Positions 1-21,422 of a stretch of DNA of 64,000 nt are shown piece by piece. The DNA comes from the human T2T-CHM13v2.0 reference genome, Homo sapiens, in the NCBI RefSeq assembly GCF_009914755.1, contig NC_060943.1; one strand, written 5' to 3'. Position 1 is the stretch's first letter. Every line of letters starts with the position of its first letter. The position numbers and the translations under genes were made by a program. Below the pieces are notes generated by a model. The model was given only the letters and a program-made list of their open reading frames with translations. It was not told where the DNA came from and searched no databases.

Positions 1-807
1 AGGGAGCTGTTCTAAGAGTATTTGCTCTCTCCCTTCCCGTCTGAGTAGGAAAACCAGACTCACCATCACCACACACATGCCACCACCCTGAATGGGTGTT
101 AAATGCTGGGGTGTGAGGATCAGAATGGGATGGGGAGGTGAAATCTAAGAGAGTCAAAGGAGATGGGCTGAGCTGAGTCTCTACTCCAAGAAAGACATTC
201 TAGCAGCAGATCCAAGAGACAGAACGTGGCACTGTGTGTGAGTCACTCAGTTTTCGTAGAATTTCCACTGCTTCTGGACACAGGATGCCTCAGCTCAGCC
301 AGCCAAACCCCATTCCCAAAACTTACAGATACCTTGAGGGATTCAGTTTCCAAGTCTGAGAATACAGTCGTGTGAAAAGGACATTGAATTTTGATAAATA
401 GTATATGTGGGTAGGATATAATATCCAGGAAGTTCATTTCAGGCCAATAAGGCTTTGAAAATATTTGGTGCGGAAAAGGTAGTGAATCACTTTTTAGATT
501 ATTAAGGAACACAATCACTAATTGCACTGGAGGAGATGTTCTCCTCCAGAGACTGGGGTTCAGAGGTGATCCCTACACCTTAGAGTTTTAAAACACACAC
601 ACGCACACACACCAACACACACTACAGCAAAGTTCTTTTTTTCTTTTTTAAATTTGATACAGCAAAGTTCTGATACACCAACACAAGTAATCTTTGATTA
701 TTGTTATTTAACATCTTGAGTAGAAAACAAGAACTTTTTGAACAAAACCTGTTCAATTGATTTATTTCTCTTGTTTTCTAAATCTTCAGCTTACTTTCCT
801 TATTAAC

Positions 808-1040
808 ATTCTAGTGTTCCATTACACAGTAGGGTAGCTGTAGTTAACGATAATACATTGCATATTTCAAAATAGTTAGAAGAGAGGATTTTGAATGTTC
901 TTACCACAAAGAAATGATAAATGTCTCAGTAATGGATATAATAATTACCCGAATTTGATTGTTATACATCGCATACATGTATAAAAACATCACACTGTAC
1001 CCCACAAATATGTACAATTATTATGTCAATTAAAAAAATT
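808..1040 (+). mobile_element. Old L1M(A) 3' end fragment
   Basis: tatttcaaaatagttagaagagaggattttgaatgttc..caccacaaagaaatgataaatg..A-rich end. Confidence 0.7.
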
Positions 1041-1132
1041 TAATAACTGTTTAATTAGGGTTATACTTAATTAAGTAACGAACAAAGAGTTTTCCTTGTT
1101 GTCTATCAAGACTTTCTAAAACAACATGGTCT

Positions 1133-1445
1133 GCCAGCTGTGGTGGCTCACGCCTGTAATTCCAGCACTTTGGGAGGCTAACGGGGGGGCGGGTGGTGGA
1201 TCACTTGAGGCCAGGAGTTCGAGGCCAGCATGGCCAACATGGTGAAACCACATCTCTACAAAAATACAAAAATTAGCTGGACATGGTGGTGTGCGCCTGT
1301 AGTTCTAGCTACTTGGGAGGCTGAGGCATGAGAATCGCTTGAACCCTGGAGGCAGAAGTTGAAATGAGATTATACCACTACACTCCAGCCTGGGTGACAG
1401 AGTGAGAATCTGTCTCAAAAAATAAAACAATAAAAAAAAATAAAA
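1133..1445 (+). mobile_element. Alu
   Basis: Dimeric Alu consensus with A-tail. Confidence 0.9.
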
Positions 1446-1823
1446 CAACATGGTTTCCCTATTTGATAGATGGGGAAACAAGTCCCAGAGGTTAAGTGAC
1501 TTTCCCAGTGAAGAAAAGACAGAGCTGCCACTTGTACCCAGATTGTCTGGATCCTAAAATCAATAGCCTAAAAAGATAATAATTTGCCTCTTACACCCCA
1601 CCAAGAAATTCTGTTCAATTCTGTTGAGCTGAGAGAGAAGAACAGGGAGACTGGAAATATGAAGAAAGGGGAATGGCCCCAGAGGGTTTCCCTGTGTGAA
1701 TTCAATTTACCTTTATTCAGGTGGGAGATTATAGGTTATATAACCACCCCCAATATAAAGCAATCTCTTCCCCGATGACACTCAAACCCGGAAAACTTGA
1801 ATCCCAGGGTGTTCAGATTTTGG

Positions 1824-1828
1824 TATAA
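1824..1828 (+). promoter_or_regulatory. Putative TATA box of CYP2G1P
   Basis: TATAA about 70 bp upstream of ATG 1895 (Kozak CACCATGG). Confidence 0.5.
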
Positions 1829-1894
1829 GCTGATCTCCCAGGACCTACTTAGGCAGGATCTGGTGCCCAGGACAGAACCTGTTGACCTGGCACC

Positions 1895-2074
1895 ATGGAG
1901 CTGGGAGGGGCTGTCACCATCTTTCTGGCACTCCGCTTGTCTTGCCTGCTCATCCTCATTGCCTGGAAACGAATGGATAAGGCAGGAAAGCTGCCCCCAG
2001 GTCCTACACCAATTCTTTTCCTGGGGCACCTGCTGCAAGTTCGAACTGATGCTACGTTTCAGTCTTTCATGAAG
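1895..2074 (+). pseudogene. CYP2G1P: CYP2G1P exon 1 coding part (180 bp)
   Basis: Membrane anchor plus PPGP hinge; ends ATGAAG|gtgagt. Confidence 0.92.
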
Positions 2075-2666
2075 GTGAGTCTGTCTGTCTCCTTTAATAG
2101 GGCTAAAAGCAACTAATCCTATAGCCAGATTCACATAGAACCTTATGACTTCTAAAAGATAGACTCTCAGAAACACAGACTTTGCAAATCTTAGAATTCT
2201 GAAATTCCAGAATCCTAAAATGTTGGAAACACACATTCTCAGTGCATTGAAATAAGATTTTCATGATCTGAGGACTTTGGAATCACAGTACATTATATTT
2301 TTAAACACAGGATTCTTTGACTCAGCTTGTCTTAGCACTTTGAGACTTGGTATCATGAAGTCTTAAGATTCTAGAAATTTAACATTTCAGAGAGAGAAGT
2401 ATGAATCTTGGAATTTATCGAATCCAGGTCCATTATTTTGGAGATGCAGACAGTAACTCTTGTGGGAAGGGATGAGCTTTTGCCGAGAATGACAGAAGCC
2501 AAGACTTCCGTGCCTCTTTCCCAGTATTCCTTCCAAGCCCAGATTTACCTTGGTTCCTTAGTACCATGTTTATATCACTCTAAAATCGCCATCCTCTAAA
2601 ATCCTCAACTGGCCTATGCTTGGTACTCCAGTCAGCCCCTCCTCTTGTGTTTTCCTTCACTCCAAG

Positions 2667-2828
2667 CTCAGGGAGAAATACAGCCCTGTGTTCACTGTGT
2701 ACATGGGTCCCGGCCAGTGGTGGTTTTATGTGGACACGAAGCAGTGAAGGAAGCCTTGATAGACCAAGCGGATGAGTTCAGTGGCCGTGGAGAACTGGCT
2801 TCAATAAAGCAAAACTTCCAAGGTCATG
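2667..2828 (+). pseudogene. CYP2G1P: CYP2G1P exon 2 (162 bp, frameshifted)
   Basis: [15 protein letters not shown] then shifts frame to [16 protein letters not shown]; one C missing at 2709-2711; canonical size 163; donor G|gtaggt. Confidence 0.9.
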
Positions 2829-2988
2829 GTAGGTAGCAACAACAACAAAAACAATAAAACCGGAAATGACTGCAATGCACTCCCTATATGCCAGGTTCTT
2901 TGGTAAGTAGTCCACATGACTTACTGTATTGACTCCCTTAGGAGAGCTGTTAACATTATACTAATGTTGTCAATGAAAAAGCTAAGAT

Positions 2989-3342
<354 letters not shown>

Positions 3343-3407
3343 TTATTTTGAGCCTATGCCATCTGACTCCAAACTGTTTTCTGTGTTATTTCTGCTCCTA
3401 TTTTTAA

Positions 3408-3762
<355 letters not shown>

Positions 3763-3960
3763 GATTAGTGATATTCTTTATGCACCCATAGCCAACCCTC
3801 ATACCCCTTATAGCTAACCTTATTTCTCATCTTCCTATACTTATACACATACCTAACCCATAGGTCTCTGCCTCCTTCACTTAGGTAGATCTCTTTCTCT
3901 CATGCATCCATCTCTAACTGCCCACATCCTTCAATTCCAAGGAGGCTCACCACATTCTGC

Positions 3961-3966
3961 CTATCA

Positions 3967-4009
<43 letters not shown>

Positions 4010-4022
4010 CATCTATCTATCT
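3961..4022. repeat. (TCTA)n microsatellite
   Basis: About 11 perfect TCTA units plus degenerate flanks. Confidence 0.95.
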
Positions 4023-4537
4023 TTCTATTACCTTTTTTCTTCTGTCCATTGATCTATATTCATCAGAAAATCCATTCATTATTCTTTCTATAAAAATATC
4101 TTTCACTCTATTATCTATACTTCTGTCAATTAACTTTCTATTTATTCATCTAGTCATCATTCCTTCCATTCATTAATGCTTTCATCATTCATACATCTAT
4201 CAATCTCTCTATCCACTCTCCAACTGTTATTCACTCAGTTATTTTTTTATTTATCCAGTTCCACCTCTGCTTCCTGTAAGAAACACTCTTTGATCTCCCC
4301 CTATCATTCCTGCACTGATTCCCTTTTCCTCCACCTGAGTCTGGACTTTTTTTTTTTCTTTCCCGAGGATCCTGCAGAGAGGGAACCTTACTCTCTTGAT
4401 TGAGTCTTGAAGGTTGAGGATGGCTTCCTGGACAGCAGAGTCTAGAGCTTTCATAATCTTTCCCCATCACTGCCTAAGCACAGAGTTGAACACAGCAAGG
4501 GGAGGGAGGCAGAAGCCTGAGACTGAGATCTTGGCAG

Positions 4538-4686
4538 GTGTAGCTCTGGCCAATGGAGAACGATGGAGGATTCTCCGACGCTTCTCCCTGACCATCCTTC
4601 GGGACTTCGGGATGGGAAAGCAGAGCATTAAGGAGCGAATTCAGGAGGAGGCCAGCTACCTACTGGAGGAGTTCCAGAAGACCAAG
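4538..4686 (+). pseudogene. CYP2G1P: CYP2G1P exon 3
   Basis: [28 protein letters not shown] (WxxxR C-helix); ggcag| acceptor; ends ACCAAG|gtatga. Confidence 0.9.
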
Positions 4687-4853
4687 GTATGAGGGCCACA
4701 AGGGGGAGGGCCACTAGGTGACTGGGTGGTTATGGAGCTCTCAGTCACGAGAAGATGGGCCTTGGCGGGAGAAAGCTCTGGAATGGAAGAAGAGGGAAAA
4801 TATTAAGAATCCACTGAGATTTCTGGCAGCTTCCATATTAAGAGTTTACATGA

Positions 4854-5286
<433 letters not shown>

Positions 5287-5928
5287 CTATCTCTTAAAAC
5301 AACAACAACAAAACAATTAACATGGAAGACCCTTAGAGACCACTTATCTAGAAACTTTCATCAGTGGATCTCAGGGTGGGTCTGTGAGCTCTCGATATCC
5401 TACACAGATTTTGGTGACATATGACTTTGTGACTCTTCTTGAAGAGAGTCTCAAATTTCATTCCATTTGTATATCTGTATTGTGGTAAAAAAAATACATA
5501 ACATAAAATTTACCATATTCACCATTTTAAGTGTCCAGTTCAGTAGTGTTAAGTATATTCATGTTGTGAAAAAAATCTTTTGAACTTTTTTATCTTGCAA
5601 ATGTGAAACTCTATACTCATTTCATTGTGTTTTTAAAGGAGTTCAGTTCCACCAAAAAATAAGGTCTAGAAACACTGGGGTCTATAGAGAAAAGACAGAG
5701 AGGCTGAAAACAAACAAACAAACAAACAAACAAACAGAGAAAATTAGATAAGAGGTAGAAATAGAGACACATTTTCTCTACACCTGAGGCTCCTTGCCTG
5801 GTCTCTATGGGTGATTAACAGGTCTATATAAAAGCTTCAAATGCCCATGTACCCCAGAAATTATTCATAAAATTGTGTATTTGTGAATATGTGCATTATT
5901 CTAGAGAAATTGTTCCCAGATCTACTGA

Positions 5929-8776
<2,848 letters not shown>

Positions 8777-8834
8777 TTATTTTGTTTTGTTTTGTTTTGT
8801 GCCCTTGTCCGCTATATTTTCTGGCCCCTTCCAG

Positions 8835-9022
8835 CTAAGATTCACGAAGAGATTAACCAGGTGATTGGACCACACCGGCTCCCAAGGGTGGATGACCGGG
8901 TCAAGATGCCCTACACAGATGTCGTTATCCATGAAATACAGAGACTGGTAGACATCGTGCCCATGGGTGTCCCCCACAACATCATCCGGGACACTCAGTT
9001 TCGAGGTTACCTTCTGCCCAAG
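8835..9022 (+). pseudogene. CYP2G1P: CYP2G1P exon 7 (188 bp)
   Basis: [12 protein letters not shown]...HEIQR (ExxR)...GYLLPK; ccag| and |gtgggg. Confidence 0.92.
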
Positions 9023-9133
9023 GTGGGGTTGCACCCTCATTGCCTCCCTTCCACTGCACTCCTCTCTCTCCCTGGTTCCCTACCTCTGTAGCCCAACACT
9101 GATTTCTCCTAACTGCCCTCATTTTCACCCCAG

Positions 9134-9275
9134 GGCACAGACGTATTTCCCCTGCTTGGCTCTGTCCTCAAAGACCCCAAATACTTCCGCTACCCAGATG
9201 CCTTCTATCCCCAGCACTTTCTGGATGAGCAGGGCCGCTTCAAGAAGAATGAAGCCTTTGTGCCTTTTTCCTCTG
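9134..9275 (+). pseudogene. CYP2G1P: CYP2G1P exon 8 (142 bp)
   Basis: [47 protein letters not shown]; cag| and |gtaggt. Confidence 0.92.
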
Positions 9276-9826
9276 GTAGGTTTCTCTGGTCTGACTTCCT
9301 CCAGGCATGTGCTAAATCCACCCCCAAGCCACTGGTCTGTATTTGAAGTTCAAGTCACAGTGTGAATTTGAAGGTTATATCATAGAACCATAAAGTTTTA
9401 GAATCCCAGAATTAGTAAATATTAGGATGTTTGACTCTGATAATTAGAAAAAAAAAGTTGGGATGGTAATAGCACTAAACAGGGCATAAACCAACTGGCT
9501 GGCTGTTAAGAACAAAATAAGACATATTTTCTATTTTTCCAGCCAGATAGTCTCTGAACCTTTGCCATTGATCAATGAAAGCAGCCATAGACAATATGTA
9601 AATGAATGAGCATGTGTGTGAGCCTGAAAAACTGTTTACGGACACTGAAATTTGAATTTTGTTTTATCTTCATATATCACAAAAGAGTCTTTTTTCCCCA
9701 ACCATTTTAAAATGCCAAAAGCATCCTAGTTTGCAGGCTGTATGAACACAAGCAGCAGGGCAAATTTGCCCAACAGACACTCATTTGCCTACTCATGTCA
9801 TAAAATCTTTATGCAGCAACATTTTA

Positions 9827-10168
<342 letters not shown>

Positions 10169-10670
10169 TCAGGACAGTGGTTGGGAATCTGGACTCCACT
10201 CCATCATTTAGAAATGGTGGGGTCTTGGGTGAGTCACTTCAGCCCCCATCTGTGAAACAGAGATTAATCCCTCCAAACAATTGGAAGAGTGGCTTATAAA
10301 CAGTAAGTGTTATTACGGGTGAGTTTTCACTTTTTTTCCTCACCAGTGTCTGGCACCTAATAGGCATTTGACAAACCCTTGAGGAACTGAAATGAACACA
10401 ACCTTGAAACTCATGGATCCTATAGAACCATTCCGTCTTGGAACGGGATGGAATCCCAGCCATCAGAGAAGTAGCAGGTCCTAGCTGAGCACTAACTATA
10501 GATACCCACTAAGCCTGTGTAACACCCCTTTATAAAGCAGTCACAGTCATGAGCCCTGATGTGCGGATGAGGCAGCTGAGGCCCAGTGGGGTGGTCAGTC
10601 CAGACACCCCTGGCACCCCCATGACCTGTGCAGGTGCAACCCTTCCTTCTGCCCTCCCCTGTGCCTGCAG

Positions 10671-10852
10671 GAAAGCGCATCTGCTTGGGCGAGGCCATGG
10701 CCCGCATGGAACTCTTTCTCTACTTCACCTCCACCCTTCAGAACTTCTCTCTAGGCTCGCTGGTGCCACTTGTGGACATCGATATCACCCCCAAGCTCTC
10801 AGGCTTTGGCAACATCACCCCGACCTATGAGCTCTGCCTTGTGGCCCGCTGA
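10671..10852 (+). pseudogene. CYP2G1P: CYP2G1P exon 9 coding part (182 bp, heme Cys)
   Basis: (FSS)GKRICLGE heme motif intact; TGA at 10850-10852. Confidence 0.92.
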
Positions 10853-11904
10853 GCCACACCTCCTGCGGGGCAAGGAGGAAGTGGTGAAGAATGCAGCTCT
10901 CCTCTCGTGTTCAGGAGCACCCCCTCTTCCTCATCTTACTAATCCTCAAGCATCCCTAAGAGGAGGCACTATGATTACAGAGTCAGCCAGGGTCACCTGA
11001 GAATGTACAGCTGCGTGTCTTCCTCTCCCGTAGAAGAGCAACGCCCTGTGCAAGATTTGCACCTCTGCCTGCAGGTTTCATGGTCACATGGTCACCGTTG
11101 CTTAGGTTTCTGGCTGCATCAAATTATTACTGCAGTCCCTGTGTCTTCATGTTGTCCCTTTTTGTGTGTGCTCTGATTTTGACCAAAATGTAGTCTAAAA
11201 TCCTTTCTCCTTGGTTCTCATCTTTACCCACCAGCCCCCGAAAAGTGAACAAAGACCTCAAGTCTGTTGAGCGTAGCAAGTTTATTGAGTATGGTGTGTG
11301 ACAGCGATGTAGGGCACAGCCAACAGCTTGAAATGTCTTTCTTGACTTGTTATGAGTTATAGTTTCTGCCAGCTGCTCTCCAGTGACTTCCCCTGGGTAA
11401 AATGCCCCATCCTCACCCATCTTGCTGACTCATTACCTTTCTCCGCCATCATCTCTTCTTCTAATCTTCCTTTCCAGTTGCTCTCAGCACAACTCCCAAT
11501 TCCAAATACTCCCCAGTCCGTTTGTTTGTTTGGAGATGGAGTCTCACTCTGTGGCCCAGGCTGGAGTGCAGTGGCACCATCTAGGCTCACTGCAACCTCT
11601 GCCTCCTGGGTTCAAGGGATTTTCATGCCTCAGCCTCCCGAGTAGCTGAGATTACAGGCACGTGCCACTGCATCTGGCTAATTTTTGTAATTTTAGTAGA
11701 GATGGGTTTTCGCCATGTTGCCCAGGCTGGTCTTGAAATCCTGACCTCAAGCCATCCACCCACCTTGGCCTCCCAAAGTGCTAGGATTACAGGCATAAGC
11801 CAACGTGCTCGGCCTCCCCACTCCATTTTTGAGGATAGCTCAGTTATCCCCAGCTTCTATCATTCCCTTTCCAGACTCCATTAACTGACAAAAACGTTCC
11901 CTCT

Positions 11905-13000
<1,096 letters not shown>

Positions 13001-13059
13001 CTCATCTTTGATCACCTCTTCTTCAACCTGTCACCTCCAGGGAACCTTGGGACCCATGA

Positions 13060-13200
<141 letters not shown>

Positions 13201-13790
13201 TGAAGTAGCTGGGATTACAGGCACGCACAACCACGCCTGGCTGATTTTTGTATTTTTAGTAGAAACTGGATTTCACCATGTTGGCCAGGCTGGTCTCTAT
13301 CTCCTGACCTCAGGTGATCCACTCATCTCGGACTCCCAAAGTGCTGGGATTACAGGCTTGAGCCACTGCGCCTGGCCAGGGTTCCTATTTTTAAGCAATA
13401 TAAAGTGACTTTGGTTATTTTAAATAGAAAGGCTGTTAGCTACTGGAAGGTGATTGTTTAGCTCACAAAATTAACAGCAATTCTGGAAAAATAGGGTAAG
13501 AATATGAGTAGGAAAAAGAGGCTGTGGTAGGGGACCACCAGCCAAGGTAATGTTCAAAGCTATCTGGTAGGACCTGCTGCCACACCACCCATCTCCTGGG
13601 TACTGAACACCTGACCCACCCCCTGGGTACTGCCATGGGACTCTAGACCCACTGATGCCACTATAGATGATTTCCTGATTGTGTCTGTGTTTTTGTCTCA
13701 CATCCTCATGATTAAGAGTTCCAGACATCTAGCCACATGTTAAAACCTTAGGGTTCAAGGTGAGGTGAGGAAGAATGAATACCTCCTTCA

Positions 13791-14078
<288 letters not shown>

Positions 14079-14524
14079 TCAGGAGGCTGAGGCATGAGAA
14101 TCACTTGAACTTGGGAGGTGGAGGTTGCAGTGATAGTGTCACTGCACTCCAGCCTGGGCAACAGAGTGAGACTGTCTCAAAACAAACAAACAATAAATGC
14201 CATTATATACATTATGGGAATTAGATCCTCCGGGAAGCTGAGATTTAGACGGAGTTAGGGGTCCATCATTTTATTGGAGGGAGGAGGGTAATGCATGTGA
14301 AAGACCAAAAAGGAAGGAAGCAGATGACACTGGTAGCAGAAAAGTCTTCAGAACAGGATGCAGATCCAACACTTGTGAAAGAAAAGAAGGAAGGAAGGAG
14401 GATTGGACAGAGACAGGCCAAGACCACCAGGCAGAGATAACAGACCCATAATCCAGAGAAAAATGCTGTTGGGGATGGTTTATGTTGGACAGATAGGGTC
14501 ATGCCCTGGATCCCAGAGTCCTTA

Positions 14525-15246
<722 letters not shown>

Positions 15247-15340
15247 TTATGACGTGAGCCTATTAGAAAGTTCCTAGAGGCTGGCGCGGTGGCTCACGCC
15301 TGTATTCCCAGCACTCTGGGAAGCCGAGGTGGGCGGATCA

Positions 15341-15571
<231 letters not shown>

Positions 15572-16029
15572 CTAGAAATTCTGAGAATCTAAGACATTGT
15601 AGTTATTCAACACACATCGGGTCCTTCCAAGGGGCCCACGGAAGGACCTAATGACATAATGGTGACCAGGAAAAGCTCAGTGACTCACCACATAGGGCTC
15701 ACAGCCCAGCAGGGAAGAGTGCTCCATCCTTTACAGTGACGGCCCAGCATAGCCCAGCATAGCTCTGATGAAGGAAGCACGGAGTAGAATGTGGAGGACT
15801 GTGATGGAGGAAGCCCAGGTGGATTAGGTAACACCAGGAAGTATGAGGCAGGTTAGAGGGAATCCGTACTCCTGCTATCCCCTGGAAGTAATTCATTTAA
15901 TTAGAGTAAACATTTCTCAGAAACTAGGTGAATCAATTTTCTTCCTAGAACTAATCAAGACCTACAAGTCAGAGAGGACATTTTCTTTACTGTGAGGTTT
16001 TTTTCTTTATATTTGTTTCTTTTCTTTTT

Positions 16030-18190
<2,161 letters not shown>

Positions 18191-19161
18191 AAGGGAGCTT
18201 CTAAGGGGGACACACACTAACTTATTTGAGAGAGGGCAGGTAATTGTGAAACTCTTAGCTGGGTCTTACAACAGACCCTAGATCCATCAAGAGAACCCAA
18301 CCTTCAGAAACCCATAGTGGAATGTTTTTCATGCATACATGGGGAGAGTATGCAGTCATATGCTCACATGCACAACTGTACATGATCACACACATGCATA
18401 TGGTATGTCCTGATCCAGAGTTCTCCCAGCATTCTCTCAGAATGTTTCTCTCTGTCAATTTCTTCATTAAGCGGTCTCATTGTGTCCCTGAACTGACTCT
18501 CAATGGACGACAGTGGCCTTACCTGGTAGGGGGTGCAGGCTACACCCTGGTGCACAAAGTGTGCTTGAGTAGGTGAGAGTGGGCAAGTGTGCAGTGAAGC
18601 CAGGACAACCGCCGGCCAGGTCTCTGGAGAAAACCCCAGGACAGGGCTGTTCAGGCTGTGTGATGCTATACTAAGCTGTTTGACTTGAGGAAGGGGTGCT
18701 TTTTAAGAATCTGCCCAGAGGGTTGTGTTCAAAGATTTGCTGGGCACTTATATTCTGTGACACCTCAGCTACAGACAACTTTCTGAGCCTCAGCTTTGTC
18801 ATGTGTAAAATGGGCATGAATGCTGTTCCCCTTTGCAGAGGTTTGTGGGCATTAAGTGAGGTGAGCATGCAACGGTTTTTGAACAGAGCTGACACGGAGG
18901 TACTTGTTCAAGAAATGAGATGCTATTATTACTACTCTTTGTAGCATAGTTTAAGGTTTCCCTTCCTCTCATCCCAGCTCTGAAGGACATCGTCAAGGTG
19001 AACTGAGCCCCTTCTGTTTCTTCTCTTCCCCCTAACCACCTCGCCCCTTCCTTTCCCCCTGTCCTGCCCCCATTCTTAGCCCCGCCCCTCCCGCAGGCCC
19101 GCTCCTGGCCCCGCCCTTCCTCTGATCCCGCCCACCACGCCGGCACCAGCACAGCCCTCCC

Positions 19162-19343
19162 TCAGCAAGGCAAGTAGCACTTGGTGTAGTTTCGTGGGAT
19201 TGTGACAAAGCCCACGTGTTTGGGGGACACAACAATGTCCTTAGGCGACTGCCGCGATTTGAAGCGGAAGTTCTGCATGATGGTGGTGAGGTAGAGAAAG
19301 AGCTCCATTCTGGCCAGGCCTTCTCTGAAACAGTTCCGCCTTC
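19162..19343 (-). pseudogene. CYP2A half-gene exon 9 coding part (182 bp)
   Basis: [25 protein letters not shown]...YLPC* with TGA at 19164-19162; followed by a G-rich CYP2A-type 3'UTR. Confidence 0.9.
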
Positions 19344-19920
19344 CTGAGGAGGAGAGGCGGGAGGGGTGGAGGTGAAGCCCACTCTTAGTGCAGCCTTGCC
19401 CCGCTACAGACCTCCAGCTGCGGCTCTCCCAGGGAGGAGGGGTGGAATATTATGGCCTGAGAGACTTTCAGAGGAGGCTCTGATCCTCCCTGAGCCTCAG
19501 TTTCCTTGAGTGTACAAAAGATGTACAAAAGATGGGGTGATCGATGCCAGGTGTCACAATGGGAGGTTTAGATGCCCCTTCCCCCAGATAACACTCGCAA
19601 ATATGACTGCTGTGCCGTCATCTCCTTTTTAGGGATCTGAAGAATCTGCTGTGTGACCCTAGGGAAATAAATCTCTGATTCTCTCTGGGCTTTGGTTTTC
19701 CCCGCCTCTGAAAGGGGTATGATGTTTCCTTTCCTTTTGCCTGGGCACAGGTACTGGGTGCTTGGTAGTTAAGGGAGTATCAGCTGGTGGCTCAACGGTA
19801 GATTCTAACAGGAACTTCCAAGCTGGGGAAATACTAGGCTACACGGCAGAGAGGGGAGCTGGGTAAGGGAGGCCCCTGCTGGTGTGAGTAGTAGCCAGGC
19901 AGCAAACAGTGGTCTCTTAC

Positions 19921-20062
19921 TGATGGAGAAGGGCACAAAAGCATCACGCTTCTTAAACTGCCCCTTCTCACCCAGGAAGTGCTGGGGATTGAAGTCCCGG
20001 GGGTTGGAGAAGAACCTGAGGTCTCTCAGCACGGAGCCCAGCATAGGGAACACTTCTATGCC
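19921..20062 (-). pseudogene. CYP2A half-gene exon 8 (142 bp)
   Basis: [47 protein letters not shown]; ends A|gtaag. Confidence 0.9.
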
Positions 20063-20582
20063 CTGGGAGGGAGGAGGAAGGTGTATGTGATGAGGCGGGT
20101 TGGGGGATTGTTGAGAGTACACAGGGGCTGGAGGGGGAACTAGGGTGCCCCAGGTGAGGGGAAGTGGCAGGCATGGGAATTGGGGACCTCTGAGGGAGGA
20201 GCCTTGGGGGATAGAAGTTTCACGTCTCTGAGACAGGAAGTTTGGGAGACATGGGGTTCATGTCCTCTTAGGCAGGGTGTTCAGGGAACATGAAATTTAT
20301 GTCCTTAAAGCAAAAAGGCAAGGGGAAAGGAAAAGGAGACTCATGTCCCTTGGGACAGGGAGTTTGTGGACATGGAGTTCATTCCTCTCCATGTGGCAAA
20401 AATTCTGGGGGAGATACAGGATTCAGGAGTCTCTGAGAGGGAAGATGGAAGGGATGTGGTGGTTCAAAAAATCTTTCATTGAGAGAGTGAGACAGGGGCT
20501 AGAAAGCTTCTCATGGAGATGGGGTGCTGAGGTCACAGAGAGTGTGTTGGAAGTCCTAGGCTGGTGGGGGGACATGCAGCAC

Positions 20583-20767
20583 CTTGGAGAGGAAGAAATC
20601 CCGAAACTTGGTGTCCTTCTTGACCCTGCGGGACACACCCATGGGGAGCAAGTCTCCAAATCTTTGGATCTCATGGATCACTGCCTCTGTGTAGAGCGTC
20701 TTGGCCCGGTCCTCAAACTTGGGCTGCTGGTTCTTGCCGATCACTCTGTCAATCTCATGGACCTTTG
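20583..20767 (-). pseudogene. CYP2A half-gene exon 7 (185 bp, in-frame 3-bp deletion)
   Basis: KVHEIDRVIGKNQQPKFEDRAKTLYTEAVIHEIQRFGDLLPMGV; one Glu of HEEID lost; cag| and |gtgctg. Confidence 0.9.
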
Positions 20768-21235
20768 CTGGGGGAGGAAGGGGAATGCGTTTAGGTATCT
20801 AGGGGTCTCAGAGCAGGGATGATAGCCTGAATAGGTAAAACGGGGTGGATGACTTGCCTCCGTGTATGACACGGAGGTAGACCATTCATAACAGATGTCA
20901 GCAATTAGCATTGTTGGCGCAGGATCATGTTAACCAGGTCGTGCCAGAATCACAGGGGAGGCACAGGGAGGAATTCAGGGGATGATCCAGAGGAGCGGGC
21001 AGCGGGCACTCAGTGGGCTTGGGACAGGAGTGACTGACCAATCAGTGCAGACATTTTCAATATTTAAATAGCTAATGAGACTCAGCTGATGCCTATCAGC
21101 TGAATATTGCCCTGTCTCTGGACAGCAAGGCACGTCTCAGGGTCCTGGGATCTGGGACAGGTGGGGACTTTGCACCAGGCTCAGGGGAGTTTTGAGGGTC
21201 TGGGACCCTCCACTTCCCTTCCCCTCCAGCCTTAC

Positions 21236-21377
21236 CCTCCACCTCTGGGTGCTTCATGAGCAGCAGGAAGCCGTAGTGCAGGGTGGTGCTGACGGTCTCA
21301 GTGCCCCCAACGAAGAGGTTCAACGTGGTCAGCACCAGGTTCTTCAAGTAGAACTCTGTGTTGGGGTTCTTCTCCTC
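21236..21377 (-). pseudogene. CYP2A half-gene exon 6 (142 bp)
   Basis: I-helix [26 protein letters not shown]; ctgcag| acceptor and G|gtaag donor. Confidence 0.9.
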
Positions 21378-21422
21378 CTGCAGGGAGAGGGGGCTTTAGG
21401 CCAACCTCACTCCTCTTGCCCT

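Larger units (their letters stand above)
19162..21377 (-). pseudogene. CYP2A18PC: 3' half (exons 6-9) of the split CYP2A pseudogene CYP2A18P (CYP2A18PC; CYP2A7P1/P2 nomenclature)
   Basis: CYP2A-type peptides [24 protein letters not shown] and SPKDIVVSPKHVGFVTIPRNY; exons 1-5 are absent from the window; lies between CYP2G1P and CYP2B7P. Confidence 0.85.

Noticed and set aside
243-527. 94-aa minus-strand ORF with a cag|...AAG|gt exon-like frame in non-repetitive DNA
   Set aside because: No recognisable family or partner exons; it would need a tblastx or transcript hit.
20630-20660. CYP2B-like DLLPMGV stretch in the CYP2A half-gene exon 7, suggesting 2B-to-2A conversion
   Set aside because: The tract is very short, the flanks are clearly CYP2A, and it is reachable by a few substitutions from a CYP2A13-like DMLPMGL.
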